Positions 38,396-47,539 of a stretch of 50,116 nt of DNA are shown piece after piece (the stretch's first letter is position 1; each line of letters opens with the position of its first letter). The position numbers and the translations under genes were made by a program. The notes under the pieces are model-generated. The model made no database searches. It was not told where the DNA came from and saw only the letters and a program-made list of their open reading frames with translations. The DNA is from Saprospiraceae bacterium (GTDB lineage Bacteria > Bacteroidota > Bacteroidia > Chitinophagales > Saprospiraceae), in the NCBI GenBank assembly GCA_022841345.1, contig JALHRR010000008.1:96994-147109 (forward strand), in the 5' to 3' direction.

Positions 38396-38418
38396 TACTA
38401 TTTTCTACATTTGCATCC

Positions 38419-39318
38419 ATGAAACCACAGCTTCCAGAGGAAAAGAGTTTGAGTACGTTTGCTGCATGGCTGGCATTGCTGGCAATAGGTGCAACATGGG
38501 GGAGCAGTTATTATGTTATTAAGAAGGCATTGCTGGCGTTCGAGCCCTCGCAGATAGCGGCGATGAGGGTGAGTATTGCTTTTATATGTTTCCTGCCTAT
38601 GCTGTTTCTCAACCGAAAGAAAATTCAAAGAAAGCATATCAAGTATCTTATAATCGTTGGCGTTTGTGGAAGCGGGCTTCCCGCCATTTTATTTCCGCTG
38701 GCACAGACGCAGTTGACCAGCAGTTTTACGGGGATCTTGAGTTCAAGTACTCCGATTTTTACATTGAGTATTGGGGCTTTATTTTTCGGATTGATGCTTT
38801 CCAGGAGCAAATTAATTGGCGTACTTATAGGATTTGCTGGTGCAATTATGTTAGCTATTTTTTCTGGAAGCGGCGAAATCAGTGGAAATCCGTGGTATGC
38901 TTTGCTTGTATTACTTGCTACTGCATTTTACGGAATCAGCACAAACACCATCAATACATTTCTGAAGGAACTGGACACATTTACGATCAGTTCTTTTGCA
39001 TTTATGGTTATAGGAATTCCATCAATAATATATCTGTTCTCGGGTGATTTTGTGCATACTTTGACCACACATCCACAAGGTTGGTATTCATTTACACATG
39101 TTGCGATATTGGCGGTGGCAGGTACTTTTTTAGCTACTTTGTTTTTCTTTCAATTGATCAAATCCGCCGGAGTTGTATTTGCCTCAACCGTGAGTTATAT
39201 CATACCATGTGTAGCAGTTTTGCTGGGATTCCTGGATGGAGAGACGCTCAGTTTCTGGCATTTGATTGGAATGAGTTTGATTATTTGGGGAGTTTATATG
39301 ACGAGCAGAAGAACCTAA
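38419..39318 (+). CDS. DMT-superfamily (EamA-like) transporter
   Basis: 299 aa, 10 TM helices, duplicated EamA-domain architecture. Confidence 0.8.
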   Translation: MKPQLPEEKSLSTFAAWLALLAIGATWGSSYYVIKKALLAFEPSQIAAMRVSIAFICFLPMLFLNRKKIQRKHIKYLIIVGVCGSGLPAILFPLAQTQLTSSFTGILSSSTPIFTLSIGALFFGLMLSRSKLIGVLIGFAGAIMLAIFSGSGEISGNPWYALLVLLATAFYGISTNTINTFLKELDTFTISSFAFMVIGIPSIIYLFSGDFVHTLTTHPQGWYSFTHVAILAVAGTFLATLFFFQLIKSAGVVFASTVSYIIPCVAVLLGFLDGETLSFWHLIGMSLIIWGVYMTSRRT

Positions 39319-39400
39319 GATTTTAGGTTTCAGTTTTCAGATTTTAGATTTTAGATTTTAGATTTGAAACAGCCGTATTTAATTGAAAGTTGAAAGTTGA
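39318..39400. repeat. microsatellite/repeat copy (TTTAGAT×4, GAAACAGCCG, GAAAGTT×2)
   Basis: tttcagttttcagattttagattttagattttagatttgaaacagccg mirrors the repeat modules at 49925+. Confidence 0.6.
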
Positions 39401-39478
39401 GAGCTGACTTCAATAAGAATTTTATTTTTCACAAATTACACAAAGGGACACGAATAGATTTAAATAAATCCCGGGTGA

Positions 39479-39682
39479 TTAATGGAGTTGTTTCCCTACC
39501 TCTATACAGATATCTAAATAGTCATCTACTGCCTCCTCAAAAGCTGTTTTTAATAAATCTGATGAGTTAGCTTCATAGGTTATCAAGTCATTTATTCCTT
39601 CAATTTTCCCATAAAAGACTCCATCTTCTTCAGAAAAATTTACCGACCCGATAAATTCCTTGTAATTGATTGTGTCGTTCAT
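39479..39682 (-). CDS. HicB-like antitoxin N-terminal domain protein (short, orphan)
   Basis: The 67-aa ORF has the HicB N-domain pattern (YKEFIGSVNFSEEDGVFYGKIEGINDLITYEANSSDLLKTAFEEAVDDYL) but lacks the C-terminal DNA-binding domain, and no hicA is adjacent. Confidence 0.45.
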   Translation of the reverse strand: MNDTINYKEFIGSVNFSEEDGVFYGKIEGINDLITYEANSSDLLKTAFEEAVDDYLDICIEVGKQLH

Positions 39683-39764
39683 ATTTTCTCTATTTAATTC
39701 TACTCTTCATTATTTTCAATAAGACAAGCACTTAATCTGCTCTCACGCACTCACTCGCGTATGT

Positions 39765-39835
39765 AAAATTGGCTGTTGCATAGGCTGCTGGCTGTTTCAT
39801 TCGCCAATTCGCCAATTCACCAATTCGCTAATTTG
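39765..39835. repeat. GGCTGTT core + GCCAATTC×4 tandem octamer
   Basis: ggctgttgcataggctgctggctgtttcattcgccaattcgccaattcaccaattcgctaatt. Confidence 0.5.
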
Positions 39836-39875
39836 TTAATCGTAATTTTTTCACCCTCTACCTGCTCTGTCAATC

Positions 39876-40238
39876 TCAACTCTTCTTCCCGATCCAACCC
39901 AGATGTGTATGCTTAAAATCGTCTTTGTATTTTAGTCCGTATCCCAGGATTCTATCCATAGCGCTATGGCTGAAAAGAATAATACCTGCCAGATACATCC
40001 AGGGAGTGAAGCTCATAAAGCCCAAAACTGCTATTGCAATTCCGAATGCTTTGTGATGGACAAAATTGTATGTGAATGCGCCTATTGCAGGATTGATCAA
40101 ATATCCAATCATTGAAAGATCAGGCAGTAAAATTAATGCCGGAAAATACCACCAGGGATTTCCGGTATCGCTGAACAAATATATTCCCAAAGCAAATTGT
40201 GCTATTTCCTCTAATTGAAGCAATAATTTCATAGACAT
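39876..40238 (-). CDS. DUF4260-like small membrane protein
   Basis: 120 aa with four TM helices; hypothetical. Confidence 0.45.
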   Translation of the reverse strand: MSMKLLLQLEEIAQFALGIYLFSDTGNPWWYFPALILLPDLSMIGYLINPAIGAFTYNFVHHKAFGIAIAVLGFMSFTPWMYLAGIILFSHSAMDRILGYGLKYKDDFKHTHLGWIGKKS

Positions 40239-40328
40239 ATCTGATATTATTTTGCCTCAAGATAAGACACTGAAGCAAATACCTCCCAGAGATTCAGTAA
40301 AATCAACTCAAAAATCAGTATTTTCTGA

Positions 40329-41195
40329 TTATTGCCCTACTATGAGCTTTGTTGTTGCAGACTTTGCACCGGAAGTAGCCTGCATAATATATATTCCGGG
40401 AATCCATACTGAAACATCGGTTGTAAGGATCTCTCCGGGACTCAGCACTTTTTGTAGAATGACAGCTCCCATCATATTATAAAATGTGAGATGAATTTTT
40501 TCATTGATCCCACTATACTCGACAATATATTGATCTTTGGCAGGATTGGGGTAAGTTCTGATATTTACTTTTGCCAGCTCGGTGGTACTGAGAGTTATAC
40601 ATTCAAAGTCAAACTCAACAATTGGAAAATCCTGAACCTCATAACTTAGTAATGGACCTGTACCCGGATCGCAAACCGGACTCATTGGAAAGAAACACCT
40701 TGTTGAACCAAAATCTTCAATCATAATTTCTCCCCATTCCGCCCAGTGCTCATTATTCTCTGATGCAATTGTATTGATATATTGAATTATTTTGTCTTCT
40801 CCATTGAAGTTGATAATTCCGACTGAGTCAATCCCTACATAAATTGTGTCAAATTCATTTCTAACAACTTTTAAGGTATCGCCTGCCTGTAATGAAAAGT
40901 CATAAAGCAAATACTTGACATCATCCCTGTAATAGTAAATCTTATCCTCCTCCTTTCTGATATAACGGGGAGATATATCTCCACATGTGCAATCCCCTGC
41001 AATGACAAAAGCTTGTTCACCATTAATCAGAGTATCGCCTGTGATTTGAATTGTCTTTAATGTGTTGAAAGGAAAGCCAATATGTATCTGACAATAAGTC
41101 CATTCTGTCCCTAAGCCCAATTCAAATGATTGTGCGTTTACATTGTAATTAAAGAATAAAAATGCAGCAAAAATTAAGGGTAAAATTTGTCTCAT
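40329..41195 (-). CDS. secreted protein with type IX secretion system C-terminal sorting domain
   Basis: N-terminal signal peptide (MRQILPLIFAAFLFFNYNVNAQS); the C-terminal ~80 aa match a T9SS CTD (…VWIPGIYIMQATSGAKSATTKLIVGQ). Confidence 0.75.
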   Translation of the reverse strand: MRQILPLIFAAFLFFNYNVNAQSFELGLGTEWTYCQIHIGFPFNTLKTIQITGDTLINGEQAFVIAGDCTCGDISPRYIRKEEDKIYYYRDDVKYLLYDFSLQAGDTLKVVRNEFDTIYVGIDSVGIINFNGEDKIIQYINTIASENNEHWAEWGEIMIEDFGSTRCFFPMSPVCDPGTGPLLSYEVQDFPIVEFDFECITLSTTELAKVNIRTYPNPAKDQYIVEYSGINEKIHLTFYNMMGAVILQKVLSPGEILTTDVSVWIPGIYIMQATSGAKSATTKLIVGQ

Positions 41196-41322
41196 AAGGC
41201 AGGTTTTTAGAAAAAGGATTGAAGTATGTGTATCTAAAATACTCCATTAATTCTAAATCTGCTGCGTAAAAACAAATTAAAATAAAAAATTTAACATTTT
41301 CCTCAACCTTAACCCTCCATCC

Positions 41323-42081
41323 TTACAACCACTTTCGGAATTCTGACGCTTTTTCTTTGCTGACGGTGACAGATGGGAGCAAATCGTCTTTTACAAATAC
41401 TTCCAGTTTACCGCTTTCCAGCGTTTTAAAGCCGTGAATGAATGGCAAATGTAAAATGCTTTGCCTGTTTGTTCTGAAGAATTTAGCAGGATCCAAAATA
41501 TCATCCAATTCATCCAGTGATCTGTAATCAGTACTATATTTTTGGCCATTTACATCTACGAGAAAAATGATTTCCTGCTTCACAAATCCAACCACATCCA
41601 CCAAAGGAATCAGTAACATTTTCAAGCCCTGATGGACCATGAAACGCTCCTTGAATAATTTACCGGAATGCCCGGTTTGCAGCATTTGTTTTACCTGTCC
41701 CCAGTATTCAGAGTTCTCATATTTGGATACTACTTTTGAATATTTCTCCATGGCCTGTTGCAGGTCTTCTATGCTGACAGGCTTCAATAAATAGTCGATA
41801 CTGAATACTTTAAATGCCTTCAAAGCATATTCATCAAAGGCAGTGATAAATATTATCGGACAAGCCTGGGCCATTTCTGAAAGCGCATCAAAACTAACTC
41901 CATCGGATAACTGAATATCTGAGAAAATCAGATCAGGCAAATCATTTTTCTGAAACCATTCGCGGATTTCCCGATTGCTGGACAATGGACCTGCAATGGT
42001 CGCATCAGGATTTAAAGACCTCAGGTCATGCATCAATCCTGCCGCGATCAGAGATTCATCTTCTATGACCAGTAGTCTCAT
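41323..42081 (-). CDS. LytR/AlgR-family response regulator (receiver + LytTR DNA-binding domain)
   Basis: Receiver domain (LLVIEDE…D…SDIQLSDG) plus a C-terminal LytTR domain. Confidence 0.85.
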   Translation of the reverse strand: MRLLVIEDESLIAAGLMHDLRSLNPDATIAGPLSSNREIREWFQKNDLPDLIFSDIQLSDGVSFDALSEMAQACPIIFITAFDEYALKAFKVFSIDYLLKPVSIEDLQQAMEKYSKVVSKYENSEYWGQVKQMLQTGHSGKLFKERFMVHQGLKMLLIPLVDVVGFVKQEIIFLVDVNGQKYSTDYRSLDELDDILDPAKFFRTNRQSILHLPFIHGFKTLESGKLEVFVKDDLLPSVTVSKEKASEFRKWL

Positions 42082-43106
42082 AGTAAGGGAATTTTGACCC
42101 TGAAAATGTCTTCTGTTTCCTCCACCAACAAAGGTTCCTGACTAAGAAAATGATACAATTGAGTCAATTGAGCAAGGCCTTGCTGATTGGAATCCTGTAT
42201 ACTTTGTTTCAATTGCTTATTATTTTCTATAATCAAATATTCGCCTTCATCAAAGATACGAATGCTCAATGGTTTTGATAAATGGACTTCATTGTGCTTA
42301 ATAGCATTGTCAATCATAGTTTGAAGTGTAATCATCACAATTCCCTTGTCAAGTGAATCATCTTTCACATTTATATTAATGCTGAGGGCATTTCCAAATC
42401 GTATTTTCTGCAGCTCGACATATTCATTTATAAATTCCAGCTCTGTTTCCAGATTGACGACTTCATTCTCTTTATGCTGCAGCACGTAGCGGTACACTTT
42501 TGACATGTGTTTGACGAATCGGGAAGCCAGGGCCGGATCTGTCCTGATCAAATTATCCAGAGAGCTCAGGGAGTTGAATAACAGATGCGGATTAACCTGA
42601 TTCTTCAGCTGCTGATATTTCAAAGTGGCCTGTTCCCTTTGAAGCCTTTCAGCTTTCAGAGCATTTTCCTGCCATCGTTTGATAAAATATGAACTGATAA
42701 AGCCAAGGTTAATGGCAAAGGAAGCAAAAATGTCTGCCACAATCAGAAATACATAATGCTGCTTATTAAATTGAAATCCAAATGTTTCTCCAAAATAGTA
42801 AAGAGCTGTCTGTCTGCTTATCAGGAAAATCAAAGATCCTATTATTAGCTGAACTGTAATCCGGATGGCGATGCTCTTCTCAAAAGGTAATTTATTGTTT
42901 AGAAATTGATGGATTCGAATGAATAATTCCCAGTAAAGATAAATTGCGACTATAGAGAATAATGTAAGTGGTAACTCCCAATTGGCGGGCATTCTGAAGC
43001 CTACAACTTTCCTTGCAAAAATTCCCCCAAATGAAATGCAGAGAATGATGATTAATTTCATTCTCCAATACACGGGGACGGGAATTCCAAGGACTTTTTC
43101 TTTCAT
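42078..43106 (-). CDS. LytS/YehU-type sensor histidine kinase (PF06580-like) with N-terminal 4-TM intramembrane sensing region
   Basis: H-box context QVNPHLLFNSLSSL typical of His_kinase PF06580; no extracytoplasmic domain; 4-nt overlap with both neighbours. Confidence 0.8.
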   Translation of the reverse strand: MKEKVLGIPVPVYWRMKLIIILCISFGGIFARKVVGFRMPANWELPLTLFSIVAIYLYWELFIRIHQFLNNKLPFEKSIAIRITVQLIIGSLIFLISRQTALYYFGETFGFQFNKQHYVFLIVADIFASFAINLGFISSYFIKRWQENALKAERLQREQATLKYQQLKNQVNPHLLFNSLSSLDNLIRTDPALASRFVKHMSKVYRYVLQHKENEVVNLETELEFINEYVELQKIRFGNALSININVKDDSLDKGIVMITLQTMIDNAIKHNEVHLSKPLSIRIFDEGEYLIIENNKQLKQSIQDSNQQGLAQLTQLYHFLSQEPLLVEETEDIFRVKIPLL

Positions 43107-43786
43107 GTCATGCTGATAATTTTTCCATCCATCATTTCTATTACATTATCACTTTGAGCTGCAATATCCAGATCATGCGTTACAGTGATTATTGTCTGCC
43201 CATTTTCATGGGCCAATTTCATGAAAATATCGACAATACTGCGACTATTATTTTGGTCAAGATTTCCGGTGGGTTCGTCTCCCATGATAATGGACGGATC
43301 ATTGATCAATGCTCTTGCAATTGCGACTCTCTGTTGCTGTCCTCCGGATAATTTGGAAGCTGGTTTCAGAGCGTGTTCTGCCATATCAACAAGTTTAAGT
43401 TTGGCATAAGCTCTGTCCTCTATTTCTGAACCGGAATATTTTCCCAATCTCATTGCAGGAAGCATGATGTTTTTCAGCACAGAAAATTCAGGCAAAAGAA
43501 AGTGAAATTGAAACACAAATCCCAGGTGTTCATTTCTGAATCTTGCCAGTTCATTCTGACTTTGTCCGGTGACCACTTTTCCATTGAGCTCCAGTGTTCC
43601 CTGGTAGTCGGTGTCCATTGTAGACAAGATATACAACAAGGTAGATTTGCCACATCCTGACTTGCCGATGATGCTGTAAAACTTTGATTTCTCTATTTCA
43701 AATGAAATGTCCTTCAGAACTTCGAAAGTTACAGGATCATGAAATGACTTGGTGATATGATTGGCCTTGAGTGCTAAAGTTGACAT
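43103..43786 (-). CDS. ABC transporter ATP-binding protein (MacB/LolD-like)
   Basis: Walker A GKSGCGKST, signature LSGGQQQRVAIARAL, Walker B IIMGDEPTGNLD. Confidence 0.9.
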   Translation of the reverse strand: MSTLALKANHITKSFHDPVTFEVLKDISFEIEKSKFYSIIGKSGCGKSTLLYILSTMDTDYQGTLELNGKVVTGQSQNELARFRNEHLGFVFQFHFLLPEFSVLKNIMLPAMRLGKYSGSEIEDRAYAKLKLVDMAEHALKPASKLSGGQQQRVAIARALINDPSIIMGDEPTGNLDQNNSRSIVDIFMKLAHENGQTIITVTHDLDIAAQSDNVIEMMDGKIISMT

Positions 43787-43798
43787 GTTTAATATTTT

Positions 43799-45058
43799 TT
43801 ACCCGCGAATAATTTCTACAGGATCCACCTTCGCCGCCTTTCTTGAAGGAAACCAACCTGCAAACAGCGTAGTAACCACTCCGAAAACGATCCCAAGTGT
43901 ATAATGGAAGGGTTTAAAATTAACAGGGAATGTGTCAATATTGATAAAATCATTTTGCGGAAATGGCACCTGATTAATACCTGAACTAAAAATAAATCCC
44001 AGTAATAAACCCAGTATTCCACCAAGGCATCCAATGATCATGGATTGATACAGGAAAATCTTGCTCACATCTGAACCTTCGAAACCCGTCGCTTTCAAAA
44101 TGGCAATATCCCTCATCTTATTGATGATATTCATATTCATGATATTATAAATCCCAAAACCTGCAACGATCAACATAGTAATGGACACCACATAAGTCAT
44201 AGTATTCCTTATGATTTCTCCCACCAAAACTGCTTCGTTTGCGGTCTCCCAATCCTCCGCTTTGTAGCCGTAAGATTCTTCCAGTCTGACTCCCAGATTC
44301 TTCGCTTCATTGTAATCCTTCATCTTGATATGAATATCCGTGATATAGGAAGGATCAACCTGCAATAACTTTTGAACTGTTGAAATAGAGGCATAGCTTC
44401 GGGAATCATCAATCGCTCCCATTCCGAAAGCAAAAATCCCCATCACTCTGAAAAAAAATGTCTGCCCTTCAGGTGTAGTAAGCGATACTCTGTCACCGAC
44501 TGATGCTCCTAATTTTTTCGCCAGGCCCAGACCCATTAGTATTCCATCCTGATATGTCAGGAGATCTGTAATATTTCCTTCAATCATTTTCTCTGTCAGA
44601 TTGTATAGTTCATTTTCTTTCAGAATATCTGTACCTACAACCATACCGGGGAATTTCACAGGCCCATTGTTGTAAAACACTTGAGAAGAGACTTGAGAAA
44701 GCGCTCCTGATACTTCCGGCAATGAACTGATTTCTTCCAGAATTATATGGCCATCTTTCAGTTTAGGCAGTTCGTTTTTGGGCTTCGGATGATGCAGAAC
44801 CGTCATCCGGGCACTTGCAGCAAATGAATCCATTGCTACAGTCTTATTCTCAATCGGATGATAAATCTTGACATGGGGTGAACCGTCCAGTGTCAGTTCC
44901 ATCATAAACTCATTGACTCCGGTCATGAAGCTGATCATCGTAATGAACATAGAAATTCCGAATGTCACACCCATCATGGCGACAAATGTCTGCTTCTTTT
45001 TGGACAGCAAATGCGTCAAAGCAATATCCAGATTGACTGATTTTTTAAATAGTCGCAT
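43799..45058 (-). CDS. ABC transporter permease, FtsX/MacB-type with large periplasmic domain
   Basis: 419 aa; an N-terminal TM helix, a ~250-aa periplasmic domain, then three C-terminal TM helices with an FtsX fold. Confidence 0.85.
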   Translation of the reverse strand: MRLFKKSVNLDIALTHLLSKKKQTFVAMMGVTFGISMFITMISFMTGVNEFMMELTLDGSPHVKIYHPIENKTVAMDSFAASARMTVLHHPKPKNELPKLKDGHIILEEISSLPEVSGALSQVSSQVFYNNGPVKFPGMVVGTDILKENELYNLTEKMIEGNITDLLTYQDGILMGLGLAKKLGASVGDRVSLTTPEGQTFFFRVMGIFAFGMGAIDDSRSYASISTVQKLLQVDPSYITDIHIKMKDYNEAKNLGVRLEESYGYKAEDWETANEAVLVGEIIRNTMTYVVSITMLIVAGFGIYNIMNMNIINKMRDIAILKATGFEGSDVSKIFLYQSMIIGCLGGILGLLLGFIFSSGINQVPFPQNDFINIDTFPVNFKPFHYTLGIVFGVVTTLFAGWFPSRKAAKVDPVEIIRG

Positions 45059-45064
45059 ACGGAA

Positions 45065-46171
45065 TTATTTTAATATGATTTCATCATCTTCCAGCAAGCC
45101 TTCTACGATCTCAACTCTGTCCACATTCCGGATGCCGGTGACAACGTGGATAGTTGTGTCCGTTCCTTTTCTTTTTATCTTCAGGCTGTCTCCATTTTGC
45201 AATGCCTGACGTGGAATGGTGAGCACAGAAGGTTTTGAATCGATGAGAATATTTGCCTCCAGATTCAGACCATAGATACCTTTCTGCAAAGGTTCATCAA
45301 AAACAGCTTCAGCATAAAATGATTGCTCGGCGCGATTCAACTTGGGTAATATTCGTGATATTTTTCCTTTAAATGTTTTGCCCGGAAACGCATCCAGCTG
45401 AATGAAGACTGATTGTCCTTCAGTGACTCTGCTGAAATCTCTCTCATCAATTGTCAGGCGGGCTATCCAGTTGTCTTTCAATCCTCCCAGAGCAATGGGT
45501 TCATTTACATTGACACGTTCACCATTTTTCTTATAGATTTCAAAAATCACCCCATCCATAGCTCCTTTCACTTGTCCGTCAATATTCTGTGCCTGTAAGG
45601 TACGGTATTGATTCTCCGCTTGCTGAGATTCCATTTTGGTCTGAAGGAGAATGTTTTGTTTTTGTGTTTGCAATCCCATCCATTCATTTTTGGAGGCATC
45701 CCATTGAAGTTTTGCTCTTTCCCATTCAGACTTAGCCACTGCATCTTTTGCAAGTAATGCGTCAAGGCGTGAGAATTGCAGACTGTCGTTTGCTTTTTTC
45801 GAGGCAGCCGTTTTTATTCTGATATCCAATTCCTGCAGGGCAGGTGATTCTGACCCGGCTCTTGTACGGGCAGTTTCATAGATATTTCCCAGTAAACCTT
45901 CCTGTACTTTGCGGGTATTGGTTTCTATTCTAAACAACGGCTGACCTTTGCGGAAAGAATCATTTTCAATGACAAGCGACTGCACCAGGATGCCGTCGGT
46001 ATTGGCAAAGATTTTGTATTCCTGCCCGGGAATAAGCATACCTGAAGCATAAACAGCCTCAGCTATTTCAGTGCGTTCGGGTAAAATTGTTTCCTGTTTT
46101 GTTCCGCAGCTGAATAATAGTAATGGCATCAAAAATGCCGGGATAAGAAGTTTACAATTGAAGTAATGCAT
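45065..46171 (-). CDS. efflux periplasmic adaptor (membrane fusion protein, HlyD/MacA family)
   Basis: Lipoprotein-like N-terminus, long coiled-coil hairpin and a C-terminal beta-barrel domain. Confidence 0.85.
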   Translation of the reverse strand: MHYFNCKLLIPAFLMPLLLFSCGTKQETILPERTEIAEAVYASGMLIPGQEYKIFANTDGILVQSLVIENDSFRKGQPLFRIETNTRKVQEGLLGNIYETARTRAGSESPALQELDIRIKTAASKKANDSLQFSRLDALLAKDAVAKSEWERAKLQWDASKNEWMGLQTQKQNILLQTKMESQQAENQYRTLQAQNIDGQVKGAMDGVIFEIYKKNGERVNVNEPIALGGLKDNWIARLTIDERDFSRVTEGQSVFIQLDAFPGKTFKGKISRILPKLNRAEQSFYAEAVFDEPLQKGIYGLNLEANILIDSKPSVLTIPRQALQNGDSLKIKRKGTDTTIHVVTGIRNVDRVEIVEGLLEDDEIILK

Positions 46172-47447
46172 GATACAAATGCAAGTTTAGTCGGTTTTGA
46201 AAAAATGCCTGAGCGGCAGAGCTATAGTCCTGATAGACCTGAAAATATTCATCCAATGGGCTGTAACCTTCATTGAGTCTTAGCAATGCAAGTTCGAGGT
46301 TATTTTGAGTCAACTCAAATCTGCGGGTAGTAATTTCATAATTGGCCTGAGCTTCATTCAGAGATGAGGACCACTGAGCAATTTGAGAACCAGCTTCCCG
46401 AATGGTGTTGTCATATTGATATTGAGATTGCTTTAATTGGATGTTGGCTTTCTCCATCTGACGATGTTTCAAACCTCCGGAGAAAATTTGCCATTGTAAA
46501 CTAAGCCCTACTGTTCCATAATCGAATCCTATATACTGGCTACCATCAAACAGATCGCCGCTCTGCCATTGAAACTGGTAGCGGCCAACTGCGGAGAGCG
46601 TAGGATACAAGCCGGCTTTACGGGCATTTACTTTTGAAATCGACCAGTCTTTTTGTGCCTGAGCGAGCAATACAGCGGGTCTTCGTGAAGCTTCGGTTTG
46701 AGACGGATCAGTCAACAGCATTTGATTCAGGCTATCAGTGATGATGATTTGCTGATCTTCCGGAATTTGAAGGCTTGCTTTCAATTGCAAATAAGCCATT
46801 TCCTTTTGGTGGGTTGCATCTACAATTTGCTGATAAATTTGCTGACGAAGCGCCTCTACTCTGTTCAAGTCAAATGCTGAGATGATAGATTGTTCTTTTT
46901 TATCCTCAGCCACTCTGTAAAGTGAATCCGCCTGAGAGCGAAGTTCAGTCAGGTATGGCAGATAAGCTTCCCAAAATAAAGCCTGATAATATCTCTGCAA
47001 CACCGTGCTTTTCAATTGTTCCAGCTCCAATTTTTCTCTTAAAGGACCTTGAGTGGCTGCAATGCGTGCGGATTGAATGTCTCTCCATTTTTCAATCTGA
47101 ATGAGAGGCCATTGAATATCAATGCCGGCTCCCAATACCCATGGCTGGCCAAACTGAACTCTTTGAAAGGTTCCCGGAGGACCTCCAAAAATCTCTGCCG
47201 GAATTAGCTGAACCGGTAGATTGAGATTATAATCAGCATTGCTGTTGAGTCTCACTGTGGGCCACATACCGGCTTTTTGAATGCCAATCTCATTGTTCAA
47301 TTCTTCAGATTGAGAAGCAACAAGTTTGACTTTCGAATGCTGGGTTTCCAACAATCGGTAAGCATCATCCAGTGACTGGAATGTCACCTGAGCACTCAGA
47401 TTATGCTGAATCAAAAAACACAATGCAATTAATGTCCAAATCTTCAT
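46152..47447 (-). CDS. TolC-family outer-membrane efflux protein
   Basis: 431 aa with a signal peptide and duplicated OEP repeats. Confidence 0.85.
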   Translation of the reverse strand: MKIWTLIALCFLIQHNLSAQVTFQSLDDAYRLLETQHSKVKLVASQSEELNNEIGIQKAGMWPTVRLNSNADYNLNLPVQLIPAEIFGGPPGTFQRVQFGQPWVLGAGIDIQWPLIQIEKWRDIQSARIAATQGPLREKLELEQLKSTVLQRYYQALFWEAYLPYLTELRSQADSLYRVAEDKKEQSIISAFDLNRVEALRQQIYQQIVDATHQKEMAYLQLKASLQIPEDQQIIITDSLNQMLLTDPSQTEASRRPAVLLAQAQKDWSISKVNARKAGLYPTLSAVGRYQFQWQSGDLFDGSQYIGFDYGTVGLSLQWQIFSGGLKHRQMEKANIQLKQSQYQYDNTIREAGSQIAQWSSSLNEAQANYEITTRRFELTQNNLELALLRLNEGYSPLDEYFQVYQDYSSAAQAFFQNRLNLHLYHALLQL

Positions 47448-47539
47448 CGCAGTAAATTTTAATAAGTGGTTCAGACCACTCTAATTGTGAGCCAAAGTTA
47501 TCATCGTGTAAGCTATAAAAATCGGTGGAAATATGGAAG

